DNA of 63,395 nt, filler included, from Choristocarpus tenellus KU-1152 (GCA_964200185.2; 12 parts of 12 records of this genome joined end to end with filler, not necessarily neighbours in it), one strand, 5' to 3'. Counted from the first letter of the whole stretch, positions 24,850-38,888 are shown. The notes: generated by a model not told the origin, from the sequence alone. Made by a program: numbers and translations.

Positions 24850-27800
24850 TACCTCCCAAGGTATATTGCACATAGGTTTCTTATGAGCACACGTACGCAT
24901 TTGGCATGCTTGACAATCACGAAGCCATGTACGAACGTCAATATTGAATGTTGGCCACCAATACGAGTCTCTAGCCTTCTCGAACGAGGGTTTGAAACCT
25001 AAGTGGCCTCCAGAAATGCATGGTCATGACAAGCATGGAGTACAAGACGGACTAACGAGCGAGGAACGACCAACTGATCTCTAAACGTGCTCCTCTTACA
25101 AAGATGGCCTAGTAAATACGAACAATACAGTAAGTCATTACGAAGGAAAAAATACGACATAAACATCGTTGATTCCTTATGAGGTGGTGGAGTGACGTTG
25201 TGGGACTGCAAATACGTGAAGTATGGTCCGAACTAGGATTCCTGCTCCTTGCGCAATTGCTCCGGGTCCACTGCAGGAAACACAGTAGGGGAACTAGTAA
25301 ATAGTTCACGATCACTTTGGACGAGCGTTGCTTGGTCAAGGTTAGAAGCAGTTAACTTATCTTCCTTTTGAACACTTGTGGTAAATGCACGACTACATTC
25401 AGGCACATTACGAAAGATTGGTGCCAGCACTGGAGCAACGGATTTCTCCTGTTCGTCAAACTTCAAAATACGAGATAGAGTATCAGGTATAACATTGATC
25501 TTAACGGGCTTGTGTTTGACAGTGTAATCATAAGTTTGAAGAGCAATAGCCCAACGAGTAAGCATGTTATGCCACATCCTGGTCCAATCCCCATTCTTTA
25601 TCTACTCTCTTACTGACACCTTTTTTAGTGAGACAAACTAACGGTTCGATTACTGTGGCTAAGTTGGGCGTGAATTTACGCAACCATACCTAGGACAGAT
25701 CGAAGTTCTTTGATGGTGGTGGGTTTGGGTAACTCAGTGATTGCACGAACACGATATTCACAGATATGAATCCCCTCAAACGATAACATGTGACACAGAT
25801 AGCGCACTTCTTTCGCTCCAAATTGGATCTTTGACAGTTTCAAGGTTAAACCTGCTGTTTGCACAACTTTGAATTGCTGCTCTAATAAGTGAAGATGTCC
25901 TTCCCATTTGGGAGAAGAAGCAATCAGATCATCCATTTAAACTAGCAACCCACTCAATGGACCAAAATTTGCAAAGGCTAAGGACAAAATTCTTTGAAAT
26001 TGCCAGGGAGCATTTGATATCCCAATAGGCATCCTCTTAAGAACGTATATGCCTCTGGACGTGACAAAAGCAGTTTTATCAATGTCATTTTCAGCAACAG
26101 GAATTTGCCAATATGCACTCTGAATATCACAAACGGTGATGAATTTTGCACCCCCAACAGTATCAATATGAGACTCCATATCAGGCATAAGCCAAGTCTG
26201 CCGAACAAGGTGTTTGTTAACAGTTGATCTATAGTCTACACAGAAACATGGGGAGCCATCAGATTTGGCCACAATGGTAACAGGACTACCCCAAGGGCTG
26301 GCACGTTTTTCAATAATGCCTTGCTCTTCCATAATATTAACACTCGAGTCAATTACTTGTTGAGTACGGGGGTTTGCTCTGTAAAGGTTCCTGTCAACAG
26401 GCTTGGTACCAGCCTCTATATAGGAATTTCTGCTTCAGCTAGAGTACATCTGCCTAGTTCTGCTGCTTTCAACGAAAATATCGATCTATTACGAGCACAG
26501 AGGTCTTAAAAGTTGAGACACTTGTGATTGATTGAACGTGGTATCTTTGAATGCATTAGTCTTATTGAAGGCTTGATGCAACTCCTCTCTAGTTTTGCTG
26601 AATGGAGCAGAATCAGTATTTAGAGCACTAACAGTGATTGGTATCTGATCAGAAATAGGGGTTAAGTGACCTATCACAAGATACTTCTTGATACAAACCT
26701 TTCGTGCTGTTAGATTTTCCATTTGAACCAATACTGATCTATTACTTGCTGACCAAATACTGAGAGTGCAAGCAGCTACAATACGACCCCATGGGTGTGT
26801 AGGTTCAGTGGTTTGATCTACAGCAGGCATAGAGTGTATGTCTGGCTCCAACACCACGGCAGTATCAAACGACGGGCTAGTATCAGTTGTGCAACATACA
26901 ACGATTTCATGACCAGGTGGTATTTTATACTGTTTATGCACACGGACGGGTACAGGGTCAAAATCATGTTGCACACTCACCACAGAGCACGAAGGAGTGG
27001 TACTTGTATCACGTACTTGTTGTGTGGGGCTCCTTGTCATGTGATGTCTCGCTGAAATGGTACATGAACTGTTGTGGAACGAGAGACGTTGTTCTTACCG
27101 ATCAATGATTGCACCTAAGGCCTGCTGCATAAGATTATTATCAAGCAGAATTTTATCGGGACCAAGTTGTGGAATCACTAAAGCTTCAACTGGTAATGTG
27201 GTGTCACCAAGTGAGGAAAGTGCAAACCGAATAAATCCACGGATATGCAATGGTGAACCGTTTGCTGTACATAGATTTATTACACCAGGTGGGACAGGAT
27301 GCCCATCAAAACATTTCAGTTGAGGGTGATTGCGAACAAATATTTCTGAAATACTTGGTACATCACTAGCTGTGTCATTTGGCAAGTCATTTTCTTCTTG
27401 TTCTTTAACGGTGTCAGATATACGAACCCTTTGTGACGAAAACGATAAGGGTTTGGTAATGGATGGTTATCTGCACAAAGAACTGTTAAACCAAGTTTCA
27501 TTATTATTACACGAGTTTGGTTGACCTAATGGCAAAGAAAAATGCTTAGTCACACGCGTGCAGGCAAAAAATGACTGGACGATATCTGCCCGAGGGACCC
27601 GTCCACAACGAGGGTTGTGGGTCACAGCCCTAGTGTAAGTTGTTGGGGTGGGATTACTACCAGACAGATTGTTAGCTTCATGCCGTTTGACACAGTGACG
27701 AACTTGGGCAAACGTGGTGGCAGGTTCGTCCCGAATCTGCTCAAGACGAATCGCAGGGAGTAAGCCGTCTTCCATCAGGGTCATTTTCAGTTGCTCGACG

Positions 27801-28821
27801 AGTTAAGTTTTTGTGTCGATCGAATCTGAGGACGACTTTGCACGATGAACATCATCTAAAAGATTCATTGCTGTTGTAAAACGTAAAATACATTTGTCGA
27901 CCGACTCAATCTCTCCCTATTTCAAGGACATTAGTCTACGGGCTGATACACTTACAGCATGGGCGGGAGTCCTGATGGAAGACGGCTTACTCCCTGCGAT
28001 TCATCTTGAGCAGATTCAGGTTGAACCTGCCACCACATTTGCCCAAGCTCGTGACCTTGCCAAGCGGCATGAAGCTAACATCTGTCTGGTAATAAGCCCA
28101 CCCCAACAACTTACACAAGCGCTGTGACCCATAATCCTCATCATTGGCAGGTCCCTCGGACAGAATTCGTGCAGTTACATCGCGAATGTCAACGGCTCCG
28201 TACGGAGGTGGAACGTCACCGAGCGGGGGAAGCATCCCTCAACAGGGCCCCAGCTCGGTCGTTGGCAAGTTCACCTCCTATAGCCAGTGCAACTGACAAT
28301 ACCTCGCGACCCCAAGACATGGCACACTACGCATATTCACCATCAACACTCCAGTACACTGTTGATCAACACACCAAAGTAGTGTGTGCCAGTACCCAGA
28401 TTTCCAGGCAGCGACTCGTGAGGTTCATACAATCCAGTCGTGCCTAGACAATCCGAGGGGTACTCGTCGGCCACATCTGCGTCATAGAGGAATGGACCGT
28501 GGGTCTCGTGTTCGTGACGACGATAGACAGTCAACACCACGTCCCTAGGTGGATCAATGAAAATATTGACAATTATTTTTAATATTCGTAATAATAGTGG
28601 TGATAAAACGTCAAAGGGTATAATAATAAAATAGTAGGGATAATATTAATAGTGCATATAGGGTCACTCCCCCTCACCTGGCACGCTCCACCATGGAGCA
28701 AGCAGACAACACCTCCCTGTGGACACTAGAGAGGATAATGGAGATAGCTGATGCAACAGAGGGGACAGACTTCTTCGAGGGAGGGTGCAACAATAGGTCT
28801 CTCCGCCTAGAGACCCACCAA
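24850..28821 (-). mobile_element. Degenerate Ty3/Gypsy LTR retrotransposon (partial 5' LTR, PBS, gag, protease, RT, RNase H, integrase zinc finger)
   Basis: RT motifs SPWGSPVTIVAKSDGSPCFCVDYR, DIQSAYWQI, KTAFVT, MPIG, (x)MDDL. RNase H end LTRWAIALQTYDYTVKHKP..N..PD.LSR. Integrase HHCC remnant (LHACHDH..; CQAC) downstream, giving Gypsy order PR-RT-RH-IN. PBS TGGTGGAGCG (tRNA-Ala-like) at 28693-28684. Confidence 0.9.
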
Positions 28822-31800
28822 NNNNNNNNNNNNNNNNNNNNNNNNNNNNNNNNNNNNNNNNNNNNTTAATTAATTAANNNNNNNNNNNNNNNNNNNNNNN
28901 NNNNNNNNNNNNNNNNNNNNNCCCCCCAGATACTTTGAGCCTCATATTCACAAATGGTCAAGCATAATCTTGAGAAACTGTGATGAAATCCAATATGGAA
29001 AATGGTGGAATCCATTAGGAAAATGACGTGTTGATAGACGCACGCTTAATTTTGGATGTACCTAGCATGCAGCCATCGAATGCTGAGAAGGTTTGGCGTA
29101 CACGAGAGGTACTTCTGAGCTGCGAAGGGAAGGTGATATAAGCTTGCTCAAAATGTGAATAATTGTCAGCAGCCTTACCATGAAAAAAGCGGAACAGTAT
29201 TCGATACTTACAACCAAGGCAAAAGTGTACCCTCCTTTCCTCGAAAGGTTTAGGTCAAGTTTCGCATGTGTTTGTGATTGGCGGAGGGTAAGCAGAGAAA
29301 GTATTTGTAAAGTAAAGCTCCCCAAATAGTTTTACCCTGTGATCACCAAAGCACCCCATAACAATGGAGCGAATACATGACAAGGAGTCTGGCGTTCCCT
29401 AACACGGTGCGATGAGAACGAATCCTGTGTGAGACACTGCATAGTGTTTAAGGTGATCGATCTCGCTTCGCATCGAAAGAAGAATAGTTATTGGGGTGAA
29501 AAGATGTTATCCCCCATTATATTAGCGTTGTATTTGTCAGCAGCTGCGTGCTGTTATAAGCACTCTGGTAGATACCTAAATACAAACGCAAATTAAAATA
29601 TTGAACCAAAGCTGGTTGTTTTCAGAGAAGGATATTCGACTTGACCAAGTCGACTAGTTCGCAGTAGGGAGAACGTTTCTATCAATTATTCTTGTAATTA
29701 GGCTCTGACTGACAGTTCCAACTCCAGAGTCTACAAAATTTGGTCCAGACTGTGCAAACTTGGTCACCAGACATAGTGTTGAAGGAACAAGAAATCAGAA
29801 GTCTGTGACAAATGAACCACCCTTACTTCAAGTTGGACCTGAAACCAAAAAAGAACTACTTGAGCTGTTGAGCATGTGTGAAGTCACACCTCCCCTCCTT
29901 CTACCAATCTAAAAGCTTTGGGTAAGTCTCTTTTAACACATGCCAAAGATTTAGGGGTGAGGAATACTTGCCATTCCATAATTCTGATTCGACGCGACCG
30001 AGGAACACAAATTTCTTAACAGCAAGCGCTTCTATGTCCTGCACACGCAGCGTCCTCTTGGTATTTCCTCCGCCATGACACAAGCCATCAAGGATTCCTT
30101 TGCAGACGTAGCAGTGTGTCTAGGACAAGGAGATTAGCATCTTTACCAGCCCGCATTGATCTAAATCCATGGTCGTGTGCAACCTATTGAAGGACACAGG
30201 TATGCACACGATAGTAGGTCGATGTAGATAGGTTTGCTGAGGGGATGAGTTTCTCTGCGCAAGCCTCAAGAAATCGATCTGTCATTCCGATGTTCAACTT
30301 ACCATCAGTGTCCGTAGGTTGTCGTGTGACACAGGGGCTATCATCTGATATGGGTAGTTCATCATCACTATCCGCCAATCGTGCAGCACTCCCCCTTATA
30401 TCTGATGCTTTGTTGTTGGCTGCCTCCCTATTGCTATGTACGGAAGAATAGACATTCTCCAGCAAGGTTACGGGGGGGTTACACACACTCCCTTCCCCTT
30501 GCGATTGGGGGAGTGTATTTCAGAAACTGAGCTCTGTACAGATCCGGAACCACAGTCCCTGTTGTTTTTACCCTGACGGTCCCTCCCAACACCCGTGAAA
30601 GACGTTCGTCTCTTACCAGGAGGAGATCGACAATATGGATCGACCTCCTCTACACCACCCTCTCAACCTTCACCAGATGCGTCATAGCTATCCTCATCTG
30701 CGACTGACTTAGCGCTATGTGTTGTCGTAAGCCTAGATCCTATCAGAGTTTCAGGCATTTTCTCCTCCACGGAAACGCATTCCATGCGCTCTATCTGATC
30801 CTAGCTCACTTCGAACAATGTCGCTGTCGTCATCATACCGTTTTGTGTGGGAGACCTGGACTGGCCTATGTGTGTTTAGAGCGCCACTTAGTCCCCTGTC
30901 CCTCTCCCCAATACACTTTTCTTCTGCCTCAAACTCAACACAAGTTTTCGAGAGTATCTCAGCAAGATGTTGCACACGCTTGGGGTCACGGTTTCCCTCC
31001 AGTAAAGCGCAGGCTATTTATTACCGCCCCCCACTGCTGGACCAAGAGGTTGAATGAAAACGCTAGTAGTGTTGAAAGCGTTCTCATCTTAGTCCACGCA
31101 TCGTCGGTATCATGCACCCCAGCAATGGTGTTGTCTAGTGCAATGACAACGCAGGTGGCACGCCTTGACTCTGGAGCAGTGGTACGAATGGATGTTGGGG
31201 GAAGGGATGGTCACGTTTCTGGTGTGTGTTTGTTATTGGGGTGATGAGAACTCCAAAAAACATAAATGGACTTCAAAAGATATACAATGGACTTACTACC
31301 AAATTCTTATGGATATTAAAAATATAAATGTACAATATTTACGTACGAGATATGTATGCATAATTTGAATTGTTCCCCTCCACTATCGTACCATTGTCAG
31401 GCGTGGTGCGGAGTATCTTCGGCAACCTTTGAGTGTTATTTACCGTTTCATATGGTTTCTTGAGTTACATATCAAGGCACCATCACACTTACGACCATAT
31501 ATCCAATCTGAAGTCCAATCGTTTTTGTTCATTTCCAAAGCACCAAATAACTCATCGTTCCGCTATCGCCTGTCCCTCTATGATCATGTCATCAAACGAT
31601 TATTTACACTTGCTTGCCGTCATCTTTTATGCCGTTGTTGAGAGCAATACCCTTGGAGCATTGAACGATTTTCCGAAGACATCACCCTTCTCCACATTCC
31701 CCAACAGTAACCTTCTCCCCACCTTCGAAAACATAAGGGTAGATGTTTCAAGTGAAAAGGGGGTTGTTGTGATTCGAACAAAATTAGAGTTGGTACCAAA

Positions 31801-32130
31801 GTCTGAATAAGGTTCAAGTGAAACGAGCAGACTTGCTGTGTTCGGAGTTGGTAAGGGATGCCAACACACAAGAAAGTCAAGAGGGTAAACTGTGAACGCT
31901 TTCGCAAGTACCCTACCCTTGGACCCGGACAAACTGAGTGTTGCACAGTCGAGGAGGATGCACCTCAAAGAAGTTTTCATAGAGGAGGCCGTACTCGAGG
32001 TGGCGGTTCTTATCATGAATGAGCTGAAGGAGAAAGGCTCGGAACCGAGCCTCACGTGCAAGTCCCTTCGAACGCAAGCACCACTGAGGAAAACCGAAAG
32101 TCACCATACATCCTATCAGATTACCAGTAT

Positions 32131-32395
32131 GAGTGAAAGTATCTTAGAGGGTACGGATTTTTCCCTTTTTATCCATTATTTGATGCTCGGTTTCCCACCA
32201 GTTTTTGATGACATTTTTACCTACTCCGAAACTGTTCCGGAGTAGGTAAAATATAAAAGTTCTGAAAAGGAGTGTCCAGAACAAGGATGTTGACATCTCC
32301 TAACAAACATGATAGCCAAAAGTACATCAAAATTGTAGAGTTAGGTTTTGGTCCCCAAGTGGACGCGGCTCTACCCTCTAAAGATACTTTGACTC
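32131..32395. mobile_element. ~260-bp MITE, full copy
   Basis: TIRs gagtgaaagtatcttagagggta..taccctctaaagatactttgactc. Confidence 0.9.
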
Positions 32396-32737
32396 ACTAG
32401 ACCTTGTCCCTCGATCTTGATATCACTGACATCTTTGTCAGAAATCAAGGCGCAAGAGGTCAAGAAAGTTCATATACAAGGTCCAGAGCGCAAGGCAAAG
32501 ACAGATAAGTCACGGAGCTAGTTCTGAAGCACTATACAGGCTAATAGAACAAGCACAATACTACCTAGCGCTTAGAGCAGTTAGGTTGAAATGCAAGAAT
32601 AATTATACATAAAATGTATTGAATATATTGTTGTAACTGTATTGTTTTATATGACTGTTTGAGTAGATGTTGAAGTACAACAATAATTATACCATGTATT
32701 GCATCCATTGTTGTATGACATTATTGTTTGCTATGAC

Positions 32738-33161
32738 TGTTAGAACTGGACTTGAAGCTTTTTGAATTCTTGAATGCACTTGCACACCTGATCTTTGTAT
32801 CAGCAAAGGTACCCCCTCTCTTTTTGGTGCCCCACTTCTCTTTTCTCAGTTTTCTTCACACATTTGTCCTATCCTCACCGATAGAAGACCTTTACAAGCT
32901 TACTAACAGATATACTGAGAACACCAACCAACAACTCTTGATTCCTCTTCGGGACTCGCAAGCGCCAAGAGTCCAGACTATCTACGGGATAATTTCCAAC
33001 AGGTTATGAGCCTCAGCTCTTTTACATAATCTGATCGATTGAGTGAACTGATAGGCTGCATGACTATATGAACGACTTTGCGACTGAACTGTACAACAAG
33101 ATTATAGACAAGATCGCAGGAGCGACGGAATTGTACAACGAGACTCAAGACAAGATCGGAA
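32738..33161 (+). mobile_element. 5' LTR and PBS of a Ty1/Copia element, truncated by the contig end
   Basis: tgttag..ccaaca (32738-33001; left boundary tentative) followed directly by GGTTATGAGCC, the half-tRNAiMet type PBS. Confidence 0.65.
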
Positions 33162-33261
33162 NNNNNNNNNNNNNNNNNNNNNNNNNNNNNNNNNNNNNNN
33201 NNNNNTTAATTAATTAANNNNNNNNNNNNNNNNNNNNNNNNNNNNNNNNNNNNNNNNNNNN

Positions 33262-33498
33262 CCGCGTCCATTTTGGGGGCAAATTCCAATGTTCCGATTT
33301 TGATTAAATTTTGGATATTATGTTTGTTAGGAAGTGTCAATATCCTTGTTCTTCCGGACAGATCTTTTCATAGCGTATACAATTTACCTACTCCGAAACA
33401 TTTTGGAGAAGGAAAATGTAATAAAAAAACCCCATAGGAAGCCAAGCCCCAAATGGACAAACAGGGCAAAACTCGTACCCTCTAAGATACTTTCACTT
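33262..33498. mobile_element. ~260-bp MITE, partial
   Basis: Ends ..aaactcgtaccctctaagatactttcact. Confidence 0.85.
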
Positions 33499-33900
33499 TG
33501 AGGCACGAAAGCGCACCCACTACGAGGGCTCTTTTGATCCTCGTAGTCATAACCTCAACACCTTTGTGGTGGAAATTCTTGGGCGCCTCGGCAAGCAAGT
33601 GGAACGTTTTCTGGATGAGCTAGCTACGCATGCGGTAGGGGGGAAGAGGAACGGGAGGCTACAGCAGGAAAGGGGCGGTCAAAGCCCGCCTATGACAAAT
33701 AGTCTCTGTAACAATGCAGGTGGCCTTGTCTAGACGTGTCATGTGTTTTAAGCTGGAGTCACCAGGGAGATGGGCAAGGAGGGGCTTGTTAGATTATTTG
33801 GATGCTTCCCTAGCTCCTCATCCTGGGGTGCAGGAATAGGTAGGTTGGAGGCACAGGAAGGCAGCGGTACATCATAGCTGGTAGTAAAATAGCAAATAGA
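33499..33900 (+). mobile_element. 3' fragment of a non-LTR retrotransposon with restriction-like endonuclease (CRE-like)
   Basis: EARKRTHYEGSFDPRSHNLNTFVVEILGRLGKQVERFLDELATHAVGG..QIVSVTMQVALSRRV. Homologous to the copies at 42.9-44.7 kb and 62.6-63.4 kb. Confidence 0.7.
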
Positions 33901-34011
33901 TTGATGTATTGCACATTTATGACAACTGCTACTTTTTAGGGTTTGTTCTGACATATGAATAGTTGTTGTTAATTTTTCCCTGACACATCTCCAAAATGTC
34001 AGAGGGCGTAA

Positions 34012-34279
34012 GAGTGAAAATATCTTAGAGGGTACGAGTTTTCCCCTGTTTGTCCATTTGGGGCTTGGCTTCTAACGTTTTTTTGTGACGTTTTCCTACT
34101 CCAAAACGTTTCAGAGTAGGTAAAGTGTATACGCTATGAAAAGGTGAGTCCGGAACAAGTATATTGACACTTCCTAACAAACAAGATGATAGCATGATAG
34201 CAAAAATCACATCAAAATCGGAATATTGGATTTTTTTCCCCAAATGGATGTGGCTCTACCCTCTAGGATACTTTGACTC
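34012..34279. mobile_element. ~260-bp MITE, full copy
   Basis: GAG..CTC TIRs. Flanks gtaa/ataa match at 3 of 4 positions. Confidence 0.9.
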
Positions 34280-34399
34280 ATAATAATAAAATATATATAA
34301 TGCGTAATTTCATACCATCGGATTCTTATCATCCTTCTGCTCGATGTATGTTGCTCTCTTCTATAGCAGCCAACATGATTGTAAGTTTTCCATTTTGTA

Positions 34400-35800
34400 T
34401 TAATAGTTTTTTTTAACTTTATTGTTGCGTTGACCTCTTTTTTATTCCTTTATTCCATTCAAGAAGGTTTAATCGTTTCCTTTCCAATGATCTCTTAGCC
34501 ATTGCTGATGCTGGAACATCCATATATGTATGTCTGAATTCTATATACTCGAGAATACCTAATATTTTGTCCTGTAGGTATACAGCTGAAATTTGATCAC
34601 GATTTCTTCTCTTCACTACCTAATTCGGGAAGATGGCCATCCCCCTGTAGTTCTCCAACACAGTGTACAGAGCTTTGAGCTGTGACTAGCTAGTCCTTCC
34701 CCATACCCTTTCATGTTCAACATTTGACAAGGCGTGGTCATATCCGATACATAGAGATTGTGATCTTTCCACATGCTCAGATATGTTACCTTATCTCACC
34801 CCTGATCAGCATGAAGTGGAACAGGTTTGGTTTCCACCTAGACCTATCTTAGTCCCAAGTACTAAGTTGTTAGGTCCTTGCTCTGCACTTCCATATGATC
34901 CAGATACTCTTTTTGTGAACACCTGTCATGTCAGACAGTATACCCTCGATGAGAGACTAAATTGTACTCTAATTCAGAGTTTTTTCTTTGCTCTTTCTGT
35001 TACAATGATCATGTCAAATTCCTTCTACACACTTTTTCCATTTCCCTTTGATACTGATGTTGTCCCAAAATGTACGTTAGTCCATATAAGGGGGGGGATG
35101 ACATTATAGGCACCTTCATGCCAAGGTACACCTTTGAAGTGCCATTCCTCTGCAATGAAATCAGCATTCCTTCCTGGTGACGTCGACAAAAGAATGTTTC
35201 GTGGAGCTCCAAATTCCTCTCTTTCGCTTCCATTGTCCCTTCTTTGATGAGTGACCTTCTTTGACTTGCCTGTCCTTCATCCTTGTCACTCTCCTTTCCA
35301 TATCCTCCTGTGGGTCTTCCTGCTCCCCTTCAGTCTGAAGAACGTTTCTGCTGGTTTCTACCTGTTCACAGAATGCGCTTGGAACGTGTCAATGGGTTTG
35401 TATAAATTCAACCTTCTCTTTGGCCGGGCCTGCTGCAACGTTTCGTACACTCTCTACCTTTCAAATGTTCCTGAACATGTCAAAATCTTGCCATCTGCTG
35501 ATAAAGGTTGTCTACAAACCATCTACTTATCCTTCGAGCCAGAGAGGGCGGGGTTTAATATTGGATATTTCTAAGAGGTCCGTCCTGAAGTCCTTCAAAC
35601 TGGATCCATATAAGAATTCTTCAAAGTCATCTCCAAGTGCCTCCTGCACTCTATGCTCTTCCCCAATGGAGCCTCTCTACCCTGTAGTCTTCTCCCAAAA
35701 ATTATCCCAGTCGTTGGGCGCGACATCACCCTTAGCCTTGGGATATATTCCTCCATTAGTTCCAGCAGACTCCTGCTATAATCCAACCCTATACTACCCT
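34400..35800 (-). mobile_element. Degenerate LINE (RTE-like) ORF2 3' remnant
   Basis: Frameshifted YLG motif near 34860 and KRRNRDQISAVYLQDKILGILEYIEFRH, resembling the post-RT region of RTE-type LINEs. Confidence 0.4.
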
Positions 35801-37260
35801 GCCATAGTATTTGAGGAGGGTTAAAGAGTCCAGAAGTGAGGCTTCAAACAAAGACGTCAGTATTGAGCCAATTGCGGTATGTTCGCTTGTCTACCATTAC
35901 CAGCACCTGCGTCTTCTACCAACGCATCACGGGGCACTTCGTCCATCTTTCCGTTGGGTGAGGTGAATCTATTCCCTACTTCCAGCACCTGTGTTGAGGG
36001 GTGACGTTATGTACTCGTCAAGCACAGTTGAGTTCAGTGGGCGGCGAGACTGTCTAACCCCTGCACTTTCGAACCCACTTGTGCATAGCCACTTGTCGAT
36101 TTGGGTCGTCTAAATCGCGGTTTTGTCTGCTGTAGCCCTGTTTGTCTCACCTGCCTCGCTGGTACATGTACCTTGTTTGGGATGTGTCATACAACTCTAT
36201 TATATACTATACTCGAGACTTGTACTGCTTACTAGTTTATGTTACTAGATCAAGAATTTCAAATTTCACACAAACGCCAACGCCTAGCAATTTTGTTGAG
36301 GTATCCTCTAATGCTACAACCAACCGTACACGCTGTCACCGTTCCTTGGACTCTGACAACGCAACAACTACAACCTAAGCGTCCTCTACATCTACATCCT
36401 ATTAACATCTGTGCTCATTGTATTGATTGAAGCTATTGGATTTGGCAACAGGCCTGGGGAAATTGTGCTGTAGCAAGGAGAAGGATGTCAACAATGTTTG
36501 GGATCAAGTTTACTCTCCACGCTTTGCTCATGTTCATAGGGTGAGTTGGAGGAGGTGAAGGTTATTGAATTCATTTGTGGTAGAGATTGACGCCTCACCA
36601 ATGTTGGTGCTCAGTCAAAATATGTTATGCTCTCCTAATGCAAGGGTAGAACTCGTCTCTCCCTGCATCAAGTCCGAGTGTTCCTGAGGTTTGTACTCAG
36701 GACCATTTTGTCTCAACTCATGGTGAACTCATTAAGAAATCTGCATCGTGGCCTTATTGACATGATAGAGAGTGTTAAGTATCCTTCCCAATTGCACACT
36801 CTTCTTCCTTAGGCCGACCCGAGCATTACTTATTTAACGCATTGACAGAAGTGTGTACACGAAACGTAATTCCATCCTGGCGTCTCCCACGGATCCAATT
36901 CTGCTGAGACCTATGGAAGTACTTATTTAGATGCCTGATCATTTGATTTTCTTCTAACCTCTCTTGTACCTTGTTGACATGAACAAAACCCTATGTCAAG
37001 GTCAGAGACCCCCACCCCCGACCCCCCCCACCCATCACACATGTGGATGTCACAGCACGGCAGAGCNNNNNNNNNNNNNNNNNNNNNNNNNNNNNNNNNN
37101 NNNNNNNNNNTTAATTAATTAANNNNNNNNNNNNNNNNNNNNNNNNNNNNNNNNNNNNNNNNNNNNATAAAAATTCAAAAAAACAAAAAAACACAAAAAA
37201 AAGGGGGGGGGGGGGTCAACTGTGTCGTCCATCACACTGAAAAAATGTGAACCTTTTCAC

Positions 37261-38551
37261 CTCGTTCTATAGGCCGTGACTGTCCAAATGAAGCGCTCGA
37301 CAGATATGTAACATATAGTGTTCTGGAAGGCGTGTTCGCAAACTCCTTGAACGATGAAATATTATTATTACTGTTGTTTTAGTTTTTTTTTTTTTGACCT
37401 ACCTGTGCGTACACATCCACACGCCCCTAACGCTCCAAAAAAAAATGTGAACCAAGTTTCGTACTTCCTCTGTTTAGCACACCAGTTCAAACTGTTCAAC
37501 GGGAACGTTTTTATGATAAACATTGAGAAGGCGCTTCTTTTGACTTTGCAGCGACCGGTGCAGTACACGTAGAATACTTCGGGTATCACAGAGATTTCAG
37601 GGTTTAACTCGTGAAAGGTCTTTTGCAAGGCCTTCCCCAAAAAATGAAACCCTGGTTCCATCATCTTGTGTGTATGTAACAGGCTGCCCTGCAAACTGGG
37701 CCAAACTAATACTGAACAGAGGAAGCGCTTCTGAGCACGGTACTACATTGATGAAACATCGACGAGGCTTACCCTAACCCTAACCCTAACTTCCAATCAA
37801 AGAGACATATCGCAAGGCCATACCAACAAGTCAGACAGGCCTCATCCAAAGCCCCTCACTCAATCCCAATCCCAACCCTAACCCTAACCTGCTGAGTGCT
37901 ATTAAGGCTTACAAAATGGTCAAGGGGAATTGAAAACGAGAGGGCGTTTGTAACATGTGAGAGCATAACGCCTCCAACTACGGGGTTAATGACATGAATA
38001 GTTGCTACTTGCATCACCGTGGTCAGATGCACTACACACTGCACTACTTGTGATGTACATGCATGAACTGCTGCATACAACCGAATCTGTTTGGCACACT
38101 GACTAATTCAGGAGGTGATAGACACAAGGAATAGAAAGGATACAGAGTAGATGAGCAAGCAGGGTATACATGACTTGTGTTCTTTTAAAAACAAACATGA
38201 ACTCCCAACCTAAAGAGCATTTTTTTGCAACTATTATGAAGCCCTCCTCCCCCGCCCCCTTCTATCTCTTCCCCTCCGTAAGAGTACTACACAATACACA
38301 CCACGGCGGCCACTCTCAGTCACCAACAAACACATTCACATTAAAAAAAACACTCTGACAGACAGACACACAGACAGACAGACACACACCACAACACAAC
38401 TGAGATGAATCCCACCACATCTAACTCTATCAAGTACTCGCATAATCAAATCTCACCATTAATAGCACATCAGGCTATTCCATAACTCTAACCCTATCCC
38501 AAATACAAGGGATGAGGTCTGGGGCCTATAATTCATCCTTTACATATTTTC

Positions 38552-38602
<51 letters not shown>

Positions 38603-38888
38603 AGAGAACCTATCTTTTAAAACAAGCATTAAATAAGAAGTAGGGCTCCATACACACAACAAATAATTTCAAAAAAAAAAAATCCTCACCTCGTGCACAC
38701 GGAACACATTGTCTCCCCGAATCCATGGCGTAGCACCTTCATCAGCACTGAAACTATGAAACGCCTCCCCACAGTCAACACCTACATCTTCTGTATCCAA
38801 ACCCTCCTCTCCCTTCCGCTTGAAGTTGCTCCAGATCCTTGACTTGTCAAGGAAAGTCATTGGTGGTGGAAAGCACCTCTCACAAGGG
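37261..38888 (-). CDS. Hypothetical protein, internal exons 38888-38690, 38086-37889, 37688-37465, 37322-37261
   Basis: Four cag/gt-bounded, stop-free segments with compatible phases (2-0, 0-0, 0-2, 2-1), separated by microsatellite-rich introns. No recognisable domain. Confidence 0.5.
38553..38607. repeat. (GA)n/(GGGA)n microsatellite
   Basis: Visible directly. Confidence 0.9.

Noticed and set aside
30717-31244. 175-aa plus-strand ORF
   Set aside because: No recognisable motif or splice context. Probably the antisense frame of decayed element sequence.
37771-37890. (CCCTAA)n telomere-like repeats
   Set aside because: Only 2-3 units, internal and intronic, so not a chromosome end.
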